A DNA stretch of 64,000 nucleotides from positions 94,984,001-95,048,000 of the forward strand of contig OX597815.1 in the NCBI GenBank assembly GCA_951406725.2, in the 5' to 3' direction. The stretch's first letter is position 1. Each line of letters starts with the position of its first letter. Below, one piece after another: positions 51,178-64,000 of this stretch. Made by a program: the position numbers and the translations under genes. The DNA is from Octopus vulgaris. Its lineage: Eukaryota. Under the pieces are notes generated by a model. The model did no database searches. It worked only from the letters and a program-made list of their open reading frames with translations, and was not told the DNA's origin.

Positions 51178-52899
51178 CGTATACCAGCTCTAAGTATCTG
51201 AGTAAGATATATCGTACCTGGAACGAATATTATATATAATGTGTATCAATATCATCATGAGGTTTATCTTAAGTGTATATGTTCAGGAGAGTATGTAAGA
51301 ATAACTGATAATATTTCAGTGGAATAACAAAATTAACTCATCGATCTGTATCGCATTTAAATGGAAAAACTTTTATTTCGGTACCGTGTAGCTTACAATA
51401 TAAAACGACGATTTCTATTTCGTGTTATATACCAATTGTATTTCAAGTGTCTATACTGACATTGTCTGTAAAAGAATTCTGTTTTAATATCAATTTAGAG
51501 AGAATGCTGCAATCTTTATAGGAAGATGCAGAGGTAATAAAACGACATAAGTCCTTAATGAAATTATTTCTTGTGAAGCGATTGCTCTGGGAACTGTTGT
51601 AACATCTTTACGACAAGTGTTTTATTTCTCTTTTGGTATTGCTCAATGTTGCTTTAAGACATCGCATAAATTTTGTTCTTCCTATACTCCATGCATGCAG
51701 CAAACATTGCAATGTTTGGCAGTCACTAGTAATAACCTGTCACTGTTAATTCATTTGCATCAGCGGTCTTCTCTATTACATACAATACAGCAGAAACCCA
51801 CTAAATCGAGCTGTTAGATTCATGTGTAGCAGTTTTATATCCCCACAGAGTCAAATATATTATTATTACTCTACAGCAGATTATCAATTTAGGAAGAAAC
51901 TTCGAGAATTTTGTTAGAGATTGTCTGTAAATCCATTTCTATTGCATAAAGTTATCCCAGATATATGTATTTATTCTATTTCCTCGGATTCTGATTATAA
52001 TTCGGGTATAAATATATGTATAAACGTTAGTAACAAATTTCCACACCTAAAAGTAAAGACAACTGTTAAATTAATATGAAACCCACCACAAGCTTACACA
52101 CTGACAGAAGAATTTTGTCACATCTCATTGGATAAAGTTGTGTTGTATACACTGTATCTTCCATTATTACTTTATTCTTTAAACTTTGTTTGTATTTTAG
52201 TGATTAAGTATCGACAATTTGAAGTTGGGCTGTTGTTGTTTAGTTCCACTGGATATACGGAAACCGATATTCAAAAACCTACACCAGCATCCATCTCGTT
52301 TTATGTTATTCATAGTAATATACCGAGGATTACACGAGATATTTCCTTTTTATCTAATAAGACACTGATGCTTGATATAAGTAGTAGATATTCTATCTAT
52401 CGAGTAATCTTTGAGAAAACCCAACATTTTCTTGCATTTAAAGTTGTTCATCGATTATATCGGTCCTGGTACTTTCTATGATGCTTATATATTATCGACA
52501 TCGTACAGTCAAAAGGCGAAGTGCCAAGACACACAACCATAGAATCAAAGATCTGATGGGTCGCTTTGAACTCTCAGCCATTGAATAACTTTCATAGATG
52601 AACTGAATTTATACTATCAAGGATTTCGTGTATATTTCTCCTGGTGTATATCTATTATGTTCATTCTATTACAGAAATGTAAAGCTATCTTAGTCTACCT
52701 ATCTACCTCTTATAGACAATTATTATTTCAAGGTTGGTATACAATAGGACTACTTCGCTTCGTCGTCAATTCCCGGTCGATATACATACATACGTACGTA
52801 CGTAGTACATACATACATACATACATACATATAGATATGTAGCATCAAGCGAAACTCCAAAGCATAACTGAATCGCATTTACCCATGAAGGCGACGTTT

Positions 52900-54060
52900 C
52901 TAAAGAAATTATCCACTCAGAGTACTATTTTGCCTAAAATTGCAGCAGATGTTTTTGGTACCTTGCTAAAGCGGTTTCTACCAGGTTCACAGAAGCGTGT
53001 GTCACTCCATTTTCGAGCAGAATTAGCTCTGTGAGCAGTACGCTCACAGAAAATGATTCTATATTCACTGTCCTCTTTACAACTAATTCTTACCTTCATA
53101 CACTTGGTAAATCCTTTCCCATGCTACGAGTATTCACTTCTCTAAGTCCACCAACTTGCACGTCAAGTTACTTCAAACGTGCAATGCCACTGACGGAGTC
53201 CCTTCCAATATTCTTAAACTCACTGAATACTCCAATCTTTCCAGGGGTATGAACTTGTCTTTCGAAATACTAAGCATTTAATCCCATCACCAAGAAACGA
53301 AACAAAACTTCTACTATTTCTAAGATGAGAGTGACAGACATTAACAACGACACCTTCTTACATCTTGAATATCTTTCTTCTTAATGACTAATACTAGCAC
53401 GTTTTCTGCAAAACCAGATTCACTGGTTGTCTGCTATTATTTGTTACTCAACAATGAATTCTTACTCTGGAGAAATTTGGTGACAAAAACGTTGCCATTC
53501 TTCTCATCAGCAATACATTCAGTCGTATCTAGCATGCAAACTTCCCGTTGAAATTCTTGCTTACTGTATCCTCTCACCTCTCAACGTTTGGAGAGAAAAC
53601 ATTTTAGAGATCACTCTACTGGGTTATTGGAGATATTTCTGTCAAAGATCAAACGTGGTCGGCACATTGCTATGACACCTGGATTGGTGCTGTGCAGCAC
53701 GTTCAGCTACAGACCACTCAAGTCACTGGCATAAATCAATTACCGAAACGTTCCAGGCTCTGTACCTTATGCATGCTGTTAAACTCTGTGTCTTTTCTGC
53801 TGCTCTTATAAAGACATTTGCTCCTCGCTTCAGCACAGGTACGCCCGTACCAATCGTCCATTCTCTTCCCGTCATAATTGTATCCATCCCTCTAGGATCT
53901 GCACTCATCACGACACTCCGTTATTCCGTCCCAGAACGTTGAACGCCAGGAACTCACTCGCTGTTTAAGTCTTCCTGTGCATGTTGAATTGCATCGAGAA
54001 TATTAAGGGCAACAATTTCATCTGTCTACTGGGAGAGTTTCACACCTCATGAGAACTAAC
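52900..54060 (-). mobile_element. Highly decayed LINE (L1/Tx1-like) endonuclease region
   Basis: Weak remnants (LVMG-LNA, QVGGLR/LVDL, YRII) in GC-richer sequence; many stops. Confidence 0.3.
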
Positions 54061-54434
54061 CCCCTTAATAAAGCTTCCAAAATACACCTACACACAAAAT
54101 ACACCTACACACACAGCTTGGTTCGTTGCAATCGTCTTAACCCCTGCACCAAAATTGTTGGCCTTCTGCCAAAATTAAATTTGAAACCACTATTAAACTA
54201 AGACTGTGACTTAGAATTTACTATCAAAAGTACAAGTTCGAGGAACTTGATTCAAAAGAGCTATACAGAAGTAGAATTTCGTTGTAATGGTTTATTTAGG
54301 GTTAACATCCAACGCTATCTCGCTTAATGGTTCCAATATATTTTTCTTTGGAAACAATACTTTCAAAACGCAGGTTTATGTTCAAATCTCGGTAGACTAC
54401 TCTTTCTTTCTCCCCACCACTCAAGACATGACTG

Positions 54435-54477
<43 letters not shown>

Positions 54478-54513
54478 ATGTGTGTTTGTGTGTGTGTGTG
54501 TGTATGTGTATAT

Positions 54514-54545
<32 letters not shown>

Positions 54546-54857
54546 CAATTTCGCAAACATTGATTTCTCCATAGAATGTGATCCTCGCTAATAGAATCTA
54601 GGTCTGTTGGGAATTCGGCATAAAACGTATGCTTAGAAAATGTACGTTGAGAAGAAAAGTAAAAATATTTTAAACAATTAAGAGAGATCAGCAGGGATTA
54701 CAACCCTAAATACTGGCCCAGTATGAAGACCTATGCAATGTTCTTTCCTAAATCAATTACTTCTGTGATTTATTTTCATATTACATGTTGCGTATAGATA
54801 TCGGTGCACATATATGTATGGCGAATAACACATTAACCTAGTTCGAATATATGTACT

Positions 54858-54889
54858 TTTATATATATATATATGTGTATATATATATA

Positions 54890-54958
<69 letters not shown>

Positions 54959-54980
54959 GTATATGTATATATATGTATGT

Positions 54981-55011
<31 letters not shown>

Positions 55012-55045
55012 CAAATATATGTACACACACATACACACACATAAA
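54858..55045. repeat. (TA)n-rich microsatellite
   Basis: Directly visible. Confidence 0.95.
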
Positions 55046-55284
55046 TGCATACAGAAAATGCTGTCTTCCTAGGAACTTCCTTCTCCCTCTTAGTTGATTC
55101 AAATATACATTTGTATGCAAGTTTAGGTAATTCTCTGGACATGTTAAAACATAACATTTCTGTTTATGCTTTCAGTTTTTATCGGAATCATATGGCCATA
55201 TATTTTCCTGCTTATTCATAACTCACTTTCTGTGAATGTCTTTATATAACCAAATATCTGTTTCATACTATTGTAGTGAGGTAA

Positions 55285-55462
55285 CAGAATCGTTAGCACT
55301 CTGGCCAAAATGCTTAGAGGCATTTTGTCCGTTTTAGTTTCTGAGTTCAAATTCCGCTGAGATTGACCTTGCCATTCATCCGTTCGTGGTCGATAAAATA
55401 TATTCCAGTTGAGCATTGGGATACCACCAAAATTGCTGGCCTTGCGCCAAATTTGAAATCAA
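55285..55462 (+). mobile_element. SINE family B
   Basis: CAGAATCGTTAGCAC..GAGTTCAAATTCCGC..TTGCCATTCATCCGTTCGTGGTCGATAAAAT. Confidence 0.8.
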
Positions 55463-55654
55463 TGTCTCTATTATATTATTTATATGAGAACTTCTACTGG
55501 TATATTTTTCTAAATCATGTTTATGAAGGATAAGTGAGCTGTAAGTATATAAAATATATATGTATACGACTCCTATTTCTGTAACACAGATATCTATCTA
55601 CCTGTCTGAAAAGTCAAACAATATCAACTAGATTATGGCTGGGACATAATACTT

Positions 55655-56350
55655 TATCCAAAGTAGACGCTCTCAGTCTCCACCATGACCTCAAGACGGG
55701 TCAGGAAACTGACGCATGCGTTCCTGACTGTGTCTTTGAGATCTTTGAGCATCACCTCAACCTTGTTGTTGCAGGCTAAGTGGCTGGTGTCTTAGCTGTG
55801 CCCCACACATAGTAATCGTGAGAATTTGGAGACTAGAAATTGGGGCTTATGAAATCGTAGAAATCTGATTCTTTCTGGAGTTCTGGCAAGGAGCTGAATC
55901 TTGCTGCCACACTTATGGCCTTCCAGCTGCAACCCTTTCTATCCAGGTTTTGACCGTAACCCTCACCCCCAACATCTTCACATAGATTGAGCCTGAGACC
56001 CTGTTCAAAGATGTGGTTGGGAATTCCGGTATGCGGTCGCAATCAGAACACCTGCTGTGTCATTTCCTGCTAGCCACGGCTTCGTAGTCTCTGTTATCGT
56101 TGTCCATGCAACGTCTTACAGGGCTTACAGTGTTCATAGGGCATTGGTGTCGGCATTTTGATGTCATGTATTTTGATACCCGCTGCGAATTGTCATCATA
56201 CAGGTAATTCTTTTCCAATATTGAGATGATTTCCGGGAGTTACAACTTTAAACTTTATACTCTCCCACATGGTTGACTATTCACCAACACATCAAGTTGT
56301 TTCAGAAAAAAAGGATGCGCAAAATATCGTAAAATTTAGGCCGTATATAT
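55655..56350 (-). mobile_element. Decayed Tc1/mariner-superfamily transposase
   Basis: HIFEQGLRLN, VKTWIERVAAGRP*VWQQDSAPC, FYDFISPNF*SPNS..DYYVWG, VRNACVSF..RLE.MVE. Confidence 0.85.
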
Positions 56351-56427
56351 ACTTACGTACCTATATATATACACAATCACATATAAAAGGACAGTTTCAC
56401 ACAGAATACACACCACACACACATATA

Positions 56428-56489
<62 letters not shown>

Positions 56490-56999
56490 TCACTATAACA
56501 CATACATAAAAAATCGCATGAAAATGTACCAACTCATAAATAAAGCATGACAATCTTGCACAAATACTTATATACGTAAATTCAAACAGTAGAAAGTAAC
56601 GAAATATTAATGAGTTATCTATTATTTCTTCTTCTTAATTTTCTTATATCATTTGACTAATCCGTTTTCTACAAAGTTAGGGCAGTAACACTTATTTTTT
56701 TGTTTTATTAGATAAAGCTACATTTATTTATTTATTTTCTGATTTATTTCTTTGTTGTACACGTTCCAGTAGCTTGAAATTATAACGGATAAATTTTCAC
56801 GTAATAAACATAAGAACTATTGAAATCTAGTTTGTTAAATAGTAACAACAGCAACAACTACAATAATAATCCCGTACTTTTAAATAAGTAATTTATTAAT
56901 TTTACAACCTAATATTGTTCAATTATGACTTCTTTTATTTAAAATTATCAGTCTATCGTAATAAGAAGCGTATAGTATTAATTACGTTTAAGGATACCT

Positions 57000-57093
57000 T
57001 GTCTGTCTGTCTGTCTATGTACGCACGTGTATGTATGTATGTATGTATGTATGTATGTATGTATGTATGTATGTATGTATGTATGTATGTATG

Positions 57094-57170
<77 letters not shown>

Positions 57171-57195
57171 GTCTATGTATGTATGTATGTATGTA
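57000..57195. repeat. (TATG)n(TATC)n microsatellite
   Basis: Directly visible. Confidence 0.95.
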
Positions 57196-57474
57196 TCTTT
57201 CTATCGACCTTCGTAATTCTGTGTAAATGTAAACAGATACGTGTATGCACTTATGTACATATGTTTGGAGACATATTATATGAATTTATATAACAGGAAG
57301 TGAAACTATGCATGCAAATTTTATTACCGAACATACTTTATCTGGTTGTACACATAAGCATTCGAATACATGTTTATACATGCGTTAATTTATGGACATA
57401 TCGCATGCATACATAATCATTATTTGAATTCTTGTATGTACACAACCACACACGAACACACACACACACATATA

Positions 57475-57527
<53 letters not shown>

Positions 57528-59221
57528 ATAGATGTATATGTACATGTGTGTGTGTGTGTTCGTATGGATGGATATATATATATATATATATATACATAAA
57601 AATAGATTTAATATGTATACTTATATATGTATACAATGACGCACGAACATACACACACAATCACCCAAAAACACACATACATCGTTTTAATCAAAAGTCT
57701 CTTCGGCAAAAGTTGACAGCATTTCGGGGAGTTTGGTGAATGATGTTGTCATGAAGTTAGCAAATGTAAGCATGGAATCTATTTTGTGACAAAGCAGGTT
57801 GAGGAAAAATAACTCTGGACAGAGTAAGAAGAATATGAGTAACTTATAAAGTGGTTGCCAATTATGGTGCGTAGCTGATATCTATTTTTATGTAATCAGA
57901 CTTTAATATATGTTGAATCTATTAAGGGTGTGATTCAATGCAGTATTTCAAACATAAAATATGGTTGAAAATAGAATTTAACATACTCTTACTGAAACTA
58001 AATGTATATTTTCCAGAAATTTCTGATTTTTTTTATTAATACAGACAACGTATAATAATAAACCTCTCATAGTTTTCAGAATTTTATCTACATTTGATTT
58101 TCAAATAACCAATAAAATTTCGGAGAAGGCTAAGTGAACACGAAAATGAAGTTGACTTCCATTTACGCAAGAAAATCCATTTTCTTTTTCTTTGTGTATA
58201 TCTAATATTTCCGCTGCATTCGAAGTAATTAGAAAATGAATTTTTCAGCAGTTGTATGCCATGCATTTTTTCTTTATTTCTCTTAATACTGTTGTTGAAT
58301 AGATAAATGTGGTGAAATTGAAGAAAAAAAGAACGCGGAATTTACCTTACGAGCAGTAATATGTTATGAGAATTATTAAAAAATCGAAGGAAAGAAAATT
58401 TAAATCAAAATATGTATTTTCTTTATCTTCTTTACTATTGAGAAATGGATTTTCAGATTTTTTTAATAGCAGTAGAATGAATTTTTCATCGAATTTAATA
58501 CTTAGCAAATATAACATGTCAGGAAAAAATACACACTGGAGCATAAATTTGGATAAATATACAAGACTAAAAAAAAAAAATGAAATCCATCAAATATGCA
58601 TTTCTAATATATGTTTCAATTAATATTATCCTCTCTTATGGAAAAACTGACATGATATCAGATAATTAAAAAAAAGAAATTAATGATCGATGCCCGAGTA
58701 TTCATTATATTTCCGGATGTGAGAAATAGCTTTGGGTAAGATTCAAACTGCATTAAATGATTACATGAGGGATAAATAAGAAGAAAATCTACTTTCGGAA
58801 TCATTCTCTGGAATAATGTTTTACATACCTATTCTCTCCATCGATACATTAAATAATCAATACATCCTTGCAAAGTTTTACATCATTAACACTATAGCAC
58901 TGTTGTATCACAAACAACTCTATGCTTAAATTCACGATTTACACTATCCAGAAATGCCGTCCGATATTTTCCGTCATGGTCTTCTTTCAGCCTTCTAGTT
59001 ATCCAACACATGAAATAAAGGAATATTTCCTGGTGTCGGAATATTGGAAGACGCCCCGACATGTGCTAATAAATTTAAGCGATTAAAGTCTTAAAAGTAA
59101 AAGTAATTCAGTCAATTCATGTTCTAATTATAAAGCTCAAGACATGGATACATATATCAAGAAGTTCATACATTGTAGAATATATACATACATACATACA
59201 TACATACATAATTACATACAT

Positions 59222-59785
59222 ATAGACTTTGTGGAGTTAGCACCGAAAATATCACCCACATAATAAGCAGTTGTCCGAAAATGTCATCACGGTATTATTT
59301 ACCGATGAGACATGATGTTGTAGCTAGGACACTCTATAATGAAATCTGTTGGAAGGATAACCTCGAGGACAAAGAAATAAGAACTCACAGAATAGAAGAA
59401 GCCATAGCCACTCATAATAAAAAGGAGTACTGGTGGAATATCCCAGTAAAGACCTCAATAAAATGTAAGCACAACAGACCCGATATAATGATTTGGGATA
59501 GAGAAGAGAAACTGTTCACAGTTGTAGCAATTAGCTGCCTAGCGGATGTAAACATAAAGCTAAAAATCAGTGAAAAAGAGAACACATACGCTGAACAATT
59601 GAGAAATCTGCAGTTACTCTATCCAGATTACAAGTTTAGGTTTATACCTGTAATAGTTGGGGCCCTGGGATATGTAACACACTGCCTAAATACCAATCTT
59701 GAGAAATTAGGCGTCTCAAAATCAGACTACCATCACTAGAATTGTAAATCTGTAAAACTTTCCAGAAGTTTATCATTTAAATATA
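59222..59785 (+). mobile_element. 5'-truncated Dong/R4-like fragment (CCHC finger and REL endonuclease)
   Basis: RLC....ENITHIISSCPKMSSRYYLPMRHDVVAR, EYWWNIPVKT..HNRPDIMIWD, EKENTY..L, FIPVIVGALG; same family as 32550-33130. Confidence 0.9.
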
Positions 59786-60112
59786 TATGAGCATGTCTAG
59801 ATATGCGACTATATGCATTAGAATACATACATAAAGCAGAATATACATATCTGCACATATACATACATATAGACAAATTATGAGTTAGAGGTGATGCAAC
59901 CGTCGAAAGGATGAATGTATCCGTAGACACTACTGGTGTAGTACCTAACTATATATAGGCCTTGCTATAAGGTTAACAGTAGTTGGTAATTTAAATGGTA
60001 AACCGTCGGTTAATATATTCAGATAAGAATATGTTTCTTTTCTTTTCTTATCTGTATACATACATACAATCATACATACATACATACATACATACATACA
60101 TACATACATACA

Positions 60113-60148
<36 letters not shown>

Positions 60149-60169
60149 TAGTCCTTATGCAGAGTTTGA

Positions 60170-60985
60170 AAACCTCCTTACCTACAACTTAGCTCCAACA
60201 TGGCATGGGATGTGGCTTTTTAAACCAGACAATTTTCTGTTTAAAGGATGACATAAGGACTTATGCCTCTGCAAGCCCACCATAAAATAGCTCCTTCGGC
60301 ATGCATTCATCCGCCATTCGAACAATATGGCTACACCATCTCATTTGGTTCCTCAAAATCATAGGTGATGCCTGCAGATGTAAGGACATCTGTGTTTGGA
60401 GTAAAAGAACTCCATTTAATGTTTAAAATGCGATGAAGGCATTTTTGGGTGAAATTGTTCTAATAATTTAAAATACCTTTCATAACAAGTCCATATTTCA
60501 CAAGAATACAACAGGAATGGTAAGACAAATGATTTGTAAAGATCCAGCTTTAGATTTTTATTTATATGTCGCTGGCACTAAACGCGTGACTTCAAGCCAC
60601 CAAATGCTTTTGCAGCTCTTTGAATTCGCAGCTGTATATCTGTATCAAGATTTCCATCATTTTATACACACCTTCCAAGGTAGATGAACGAATCGACAGC
60701 CTCAATTAACTTACCCTTAACACGCAAGTTGATGCATTACAACTGGGTTTTTTTCAACTTGATGGTCAAGGGAAAATCATCACAGGCCGAGTCAAATGCA
60801 GATACAAGAGAATGACCGATAAGATCGCAATCGTCAGCGTATAATAAAAGTTCCCTAATGAGTGAAGTAAAAACTTTCGTTTTGAGATTAAAAACAATCC
60901 CTGTTGTTCGATATTTTATGTAAATACCCTCCTCAAAGTTTTGAAAACACAACAGCACAGTAAATTGCAAAACCCACATAATAAA
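60170..60985 (-). mobile_element. Decayed RTE (BovB-like) LINE
   Basis: GIYIKYRTTG.VFNL, IRELL.YADDC, LTI.LKKT, VLPFLLYSCEIWT, CLHRILNIKW, QMRWCSHIVRM. Confidence 0.88.
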
Positions 60986-61709
60986 CCAATAATTATATAC
61001 CTACTCTTCATCCTATGCTAGCCTATGAATGCATATAATTCTTTTAAAGCGAAGACCACCTAGGATACTTACAAGCAAACTTTCCCCCCACCCTTTCTCT
61101 ATGCACTCATCATAACAAAATATTATTACGGCAATGAGTCTCTCTACACGCTAGATCGGACCGACTATAATAGCACCAGTTTTCCCTAATTAGAGTTAGC
61201 TCCCTTATATTGCACCGCCGGTGGACCTCCACAAGTCACGGGCGCGTGCAACTAATATTCTTCATCCACCTCACAACGGACTTAACGAACTGTGAACCCA
61301 ACTATAATGTATGACACTCGAATCTTTGGTCTCTTTTCCGATGTAACCATTGATCTTTCACTCTTCTTCTCTCTACCTTTGACTTCTTCGTTCTGACGAG
61401 GTCTACCATTGGCAACAAGGCAAAATATAAATATATATTTTCCTCGCCATGGTAAACAGAAACGATCGTAAACAACTTCACTCTCACCTTTATTTACTAA
61501 TTAAATAATGATTTACTAGCACAAATACACACTTCTGTTTGTTATTTCTCTTCCATTTTCTTCTCGTCTATATAAATTAAACTACGGTTACCCGGTAAAT
61601 TACCTGCTGCCGTATACCTGTTACCATGGAATATAACCACTGCAGTAATTACCAGAAGTGCCTTTGCATATATCCATCCCTTAGAGGATTTAAACGCCTC
61701 TAACTTATA

Positions 61710-61754
<45 letters not shown>

Positions 61755-61769
61755 TTATAGTGCCCCCTT

Positions 61770-62675
61770 CAGACATGCCCACAGCTGCTCAGTATCTCAG
61801 ACAATTCAGAATCCTAGAAATATTGTGTATGTGCAACGGGAGTTGGACGCAATATACAGGTGGGCTGAGGACAACATGTAGTTTCACGCAGGAAAATTCC
61901 AACACATGCACTACCAGCACACAAAGCTGAACGATATGCAGACAGGATACATACCCTGGGAGGAATTGAAATCCCTACATATAAATCAATGCGTTACATG
62001 AGTAATAATGCATCTTTCAAGGTGAATATTTCTAATTTGATAATAAAATGCAGACGATTAGCAGGATGGATCCTCCGAACTTTCAGAACGAGAGAGAAGA
62101 AAAATATGATGGTCCTTTGAAGGACGTATATCTTCAGTCTCTTGGACAACAGCTGCCAAATATGTTCATCACACAGTATAAAATTAACATCAGAACTCGA
62201 AGCAATCCAACGAAGCTACACAAAGAAAATCGTCGCAATGCAATGTATCAGCTACTAGGAAAGGCTGAAGGAGTTAAGATTCTTCTCCCTAGAACGAAGG
62301 CGGGTAAGTAAGCAGTGATATATATCTGGAAAATGTATCTCAGCATCTCAGCATCACCATCAAAGTACAGGACCAGATTCTGAAACAGCTTGGATTTCAA
62401 GGGTCCACAGCTCTTCTATATCCTTCGAAAATGCCTAGGAAACCAGCATGGTGTGGGTCTAAGTGTGTACAAAACAAAATTGGATCTCCTCCTGTCAAGG
62501 ATTCTAGATGAGCGTACCTCACGACAGGAAACACAGATGAAGGCAGCACCATCAAACTCCCTCATTCACCACCAAATGCCACATATCAGAGGTTTCAAAT
62601 AATGAAGGTATAGCATAGGCAACGGTGGTGTCTCAGCATGACCACGACTTTAAAGCTGAAACAAGTTAGAGTTAG
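61770..62675 (+). mobile_element. 5'-truncated CR1-group LINE 3' end
   Basis: VQRELDAIYRWAEDNM*F..GKFQ, AGWILRTFRTR, LELEAIQRSYTK, LGFQGPQLF; related to 22670-23607. Confidence 0.85.
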
Positions 62676-62681
62676 AGGTAT

Positions 62682-62729
<48 letters not shown>

Positions 62730-62776
62730 AAACAAGTCAAAAATAGAAAATGCTAAAATAATTTTATAGTGAACAT

Positions 62777-62817
62777 TTTAGTACCGGTTTCGGTCATTTT
62801 GAGACCTTTTCAACTGT
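62777..62817 (-). ncRNA. Minimal type I hammerhead in PLE 3' end (U3-A8 core variant)
   Basis: AG-TTGAAAA-GGTC.TCAAAAT.GACC-GAAAC-CG-GTA-CT; stem I weak. Confidence 0.55.
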
Positions 62818-63169
62818 AACGATTAAATAATTAAATTTAGAAAAATTAGAAGAAAAGTTTTTTTAAAAGAATATTTATATAGTAGTGTTCAGATTTAAGT
62901 GGCATTCTGCCTTTCTCTGACTCCCTTGTTTGCACTTGTGTGTCGGAGGTCGTTGTGAGTTCTTGGAAGGGTAGTAGAGGAAGAAGGCTGGTGGGGAAAG
63001 GGGGATGGGAGAATCTGGGAGTGCCCTGATGGTCGTATTTTGAATGGTCAGTGGCGGCTGGCAGTCTCAGTTCAATTCAGGAGAATATTTATATTGACAG
63101 GCTTGTTTATAGAATTAGCGTAGGTGTTATACTAAAAAACATTAGTGACAAAGTTAAGGGGTAGGGGGT

Positions 63170-63432
63170 GGAGAAGTAGAAGAAGAAGAAGAAGAAGAAG
63201 AAGAAGAAGAAGGAGAAGGAGAAGATGACGATGATGGTGGTGGTGGTGATGATTATGACGACGATGATGATGATAATGATGATGATGAAGAAGAAGAAGA
63301 AGAAGAAGAAGAAGAAGAAGGAGGAGGAGAAGGAGAAGATGGTGGTGATGATGGTGGTGATGATGATGACGACGATGATGATGATAATGATGATGATGAA
63401 GAAGAAGATGAGGAAGAAGAAGAATAAGAAAA
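63170..63432. repeat. Compound (GAA)n/(GAT)n/(GGT)n trinucleotide tract with a duplicated higher-order unit
   Basis: The order GAA-run, GGAGAAG, GAT/GGT-run, GACGACGATGATGATGATAATGATG occurs twice. Confidence 0.9.
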
Positions 63433-64000
63433 AAACAGAGAAGGGGGAATATGAATGGGTGTAAGTATAGCTATGAAGGGGCTGATTAGTAATGGATTCT
63501 ATGGAGTGTAATATTTGTGTGTGTATATATATTTTTTTCTTTTATTCTAAAGTTGAGGTATATTAATTGTTTGTCGTAGACCCGTTTAGAAGTGGCTTGT
63601 ATTTTGTAATAAAGAGATTTTCTTTACTTATTCGTTGTCTCGAGGTTGTATCGTCCCTAAATTGGTAGAGGGGAAAATTCTGAAGTTTGGTGTTTTTTTG
63701 TTGGCGCAAGTATCTATGTGTTGGCTAAAAGCTATTTTTCTGAATTTTTTTGGGGAATTTTTATCTGGGATCTGGACACCCGGAGCAGGTGAGCAGGGCC
63801 ATTCGTTTACGCAAACCGGATTTTAGTCGCATATCCCGCAATTGGGTCTTCCACATTTTTTTACTGTCGGCTTCTGTGTTGAGGAGTGAATTCGGGCTTG
63901 TGTAAGGAGACTTTTCATGGATCTAGGCTGTCTTTTGCTTTTTATGATCGTGTGTGTTTGGAGGATTGTGTTCATTCTGTGAACCCTAACTCTGTAAGCA

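Larger units (their letters stand above)
62727..64000 (-). mobile_element. Penelope-like element 3' part (Neptune-like linker and GIY-YIG remnant, 3'UTR, pLTR); runs off the window
   Basis: Minus strand: MNTILQTHTIIKSKRQPRSMKSLLTQAR..KPTV-KCGRPNCGIC, LRKRM, FSQHIDTCA..PNFRIF-PLYQF..KENLFITKYKPLLN; paralogous to 1190-1715; ends in (TA)n. Confidence 0.88.

Noticed and set aside
54684-54725. GAGATCA-GCAGGG..CCCT-AAATACTGGCCCAGTA as a G3-C8 hammerhead
   Set aside because: Needs several core changes and lacks stem I
59883-59950. Multi-stem sequence downstream of the Dong/R4 fragment
   Set aside because: Short stems are present but there is no recognisable ribozyme core
51-63464. The many listed ORFs rich in YI, HT, CV, MYVC, poly-L/K/N
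   Set aside because: They are translations of microsatellites lacking stops; there is no domain content

Overview
AT-rich, microsatellite-dense eukaryotic DNA with no intact protein-coding gene that I can support. Nearly all listed ORFs are (TA)n/(CA)n/(TACA)n artefacts or transposon debris. The repeat content (two abundant tRNA-headed SINE families, decayed RTE, CR1-group and Dong/R4 LINEs, pogo and Tc1/mariner relics) looks like an octopus genome; this is an inference from repeat recognition, not a database match. There are four decayed Penelope-like retroelement (PLE) coding fragments from at least three lineages. The most notable signal is a set of short non-coding elements embedded in (TA)n tracts that carry type I hammerhead ribozymes (HHR). 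Three of them (28.4-28.9, 29.0-29.6 and 33.8-34.7 kb) are young fold-back palindromes with an HHR on each strand, a long insert in stem II, a palindromic stem III and an unpaired 3' tail. The 33.8 kb element preserves a head-to-tail junction that defines a 484-nt unit, as expected for a circular or tandem RNA template (retrozyme-like). A G-U-rich pre-miRNA-like hairpin lies at 20.9 kb.
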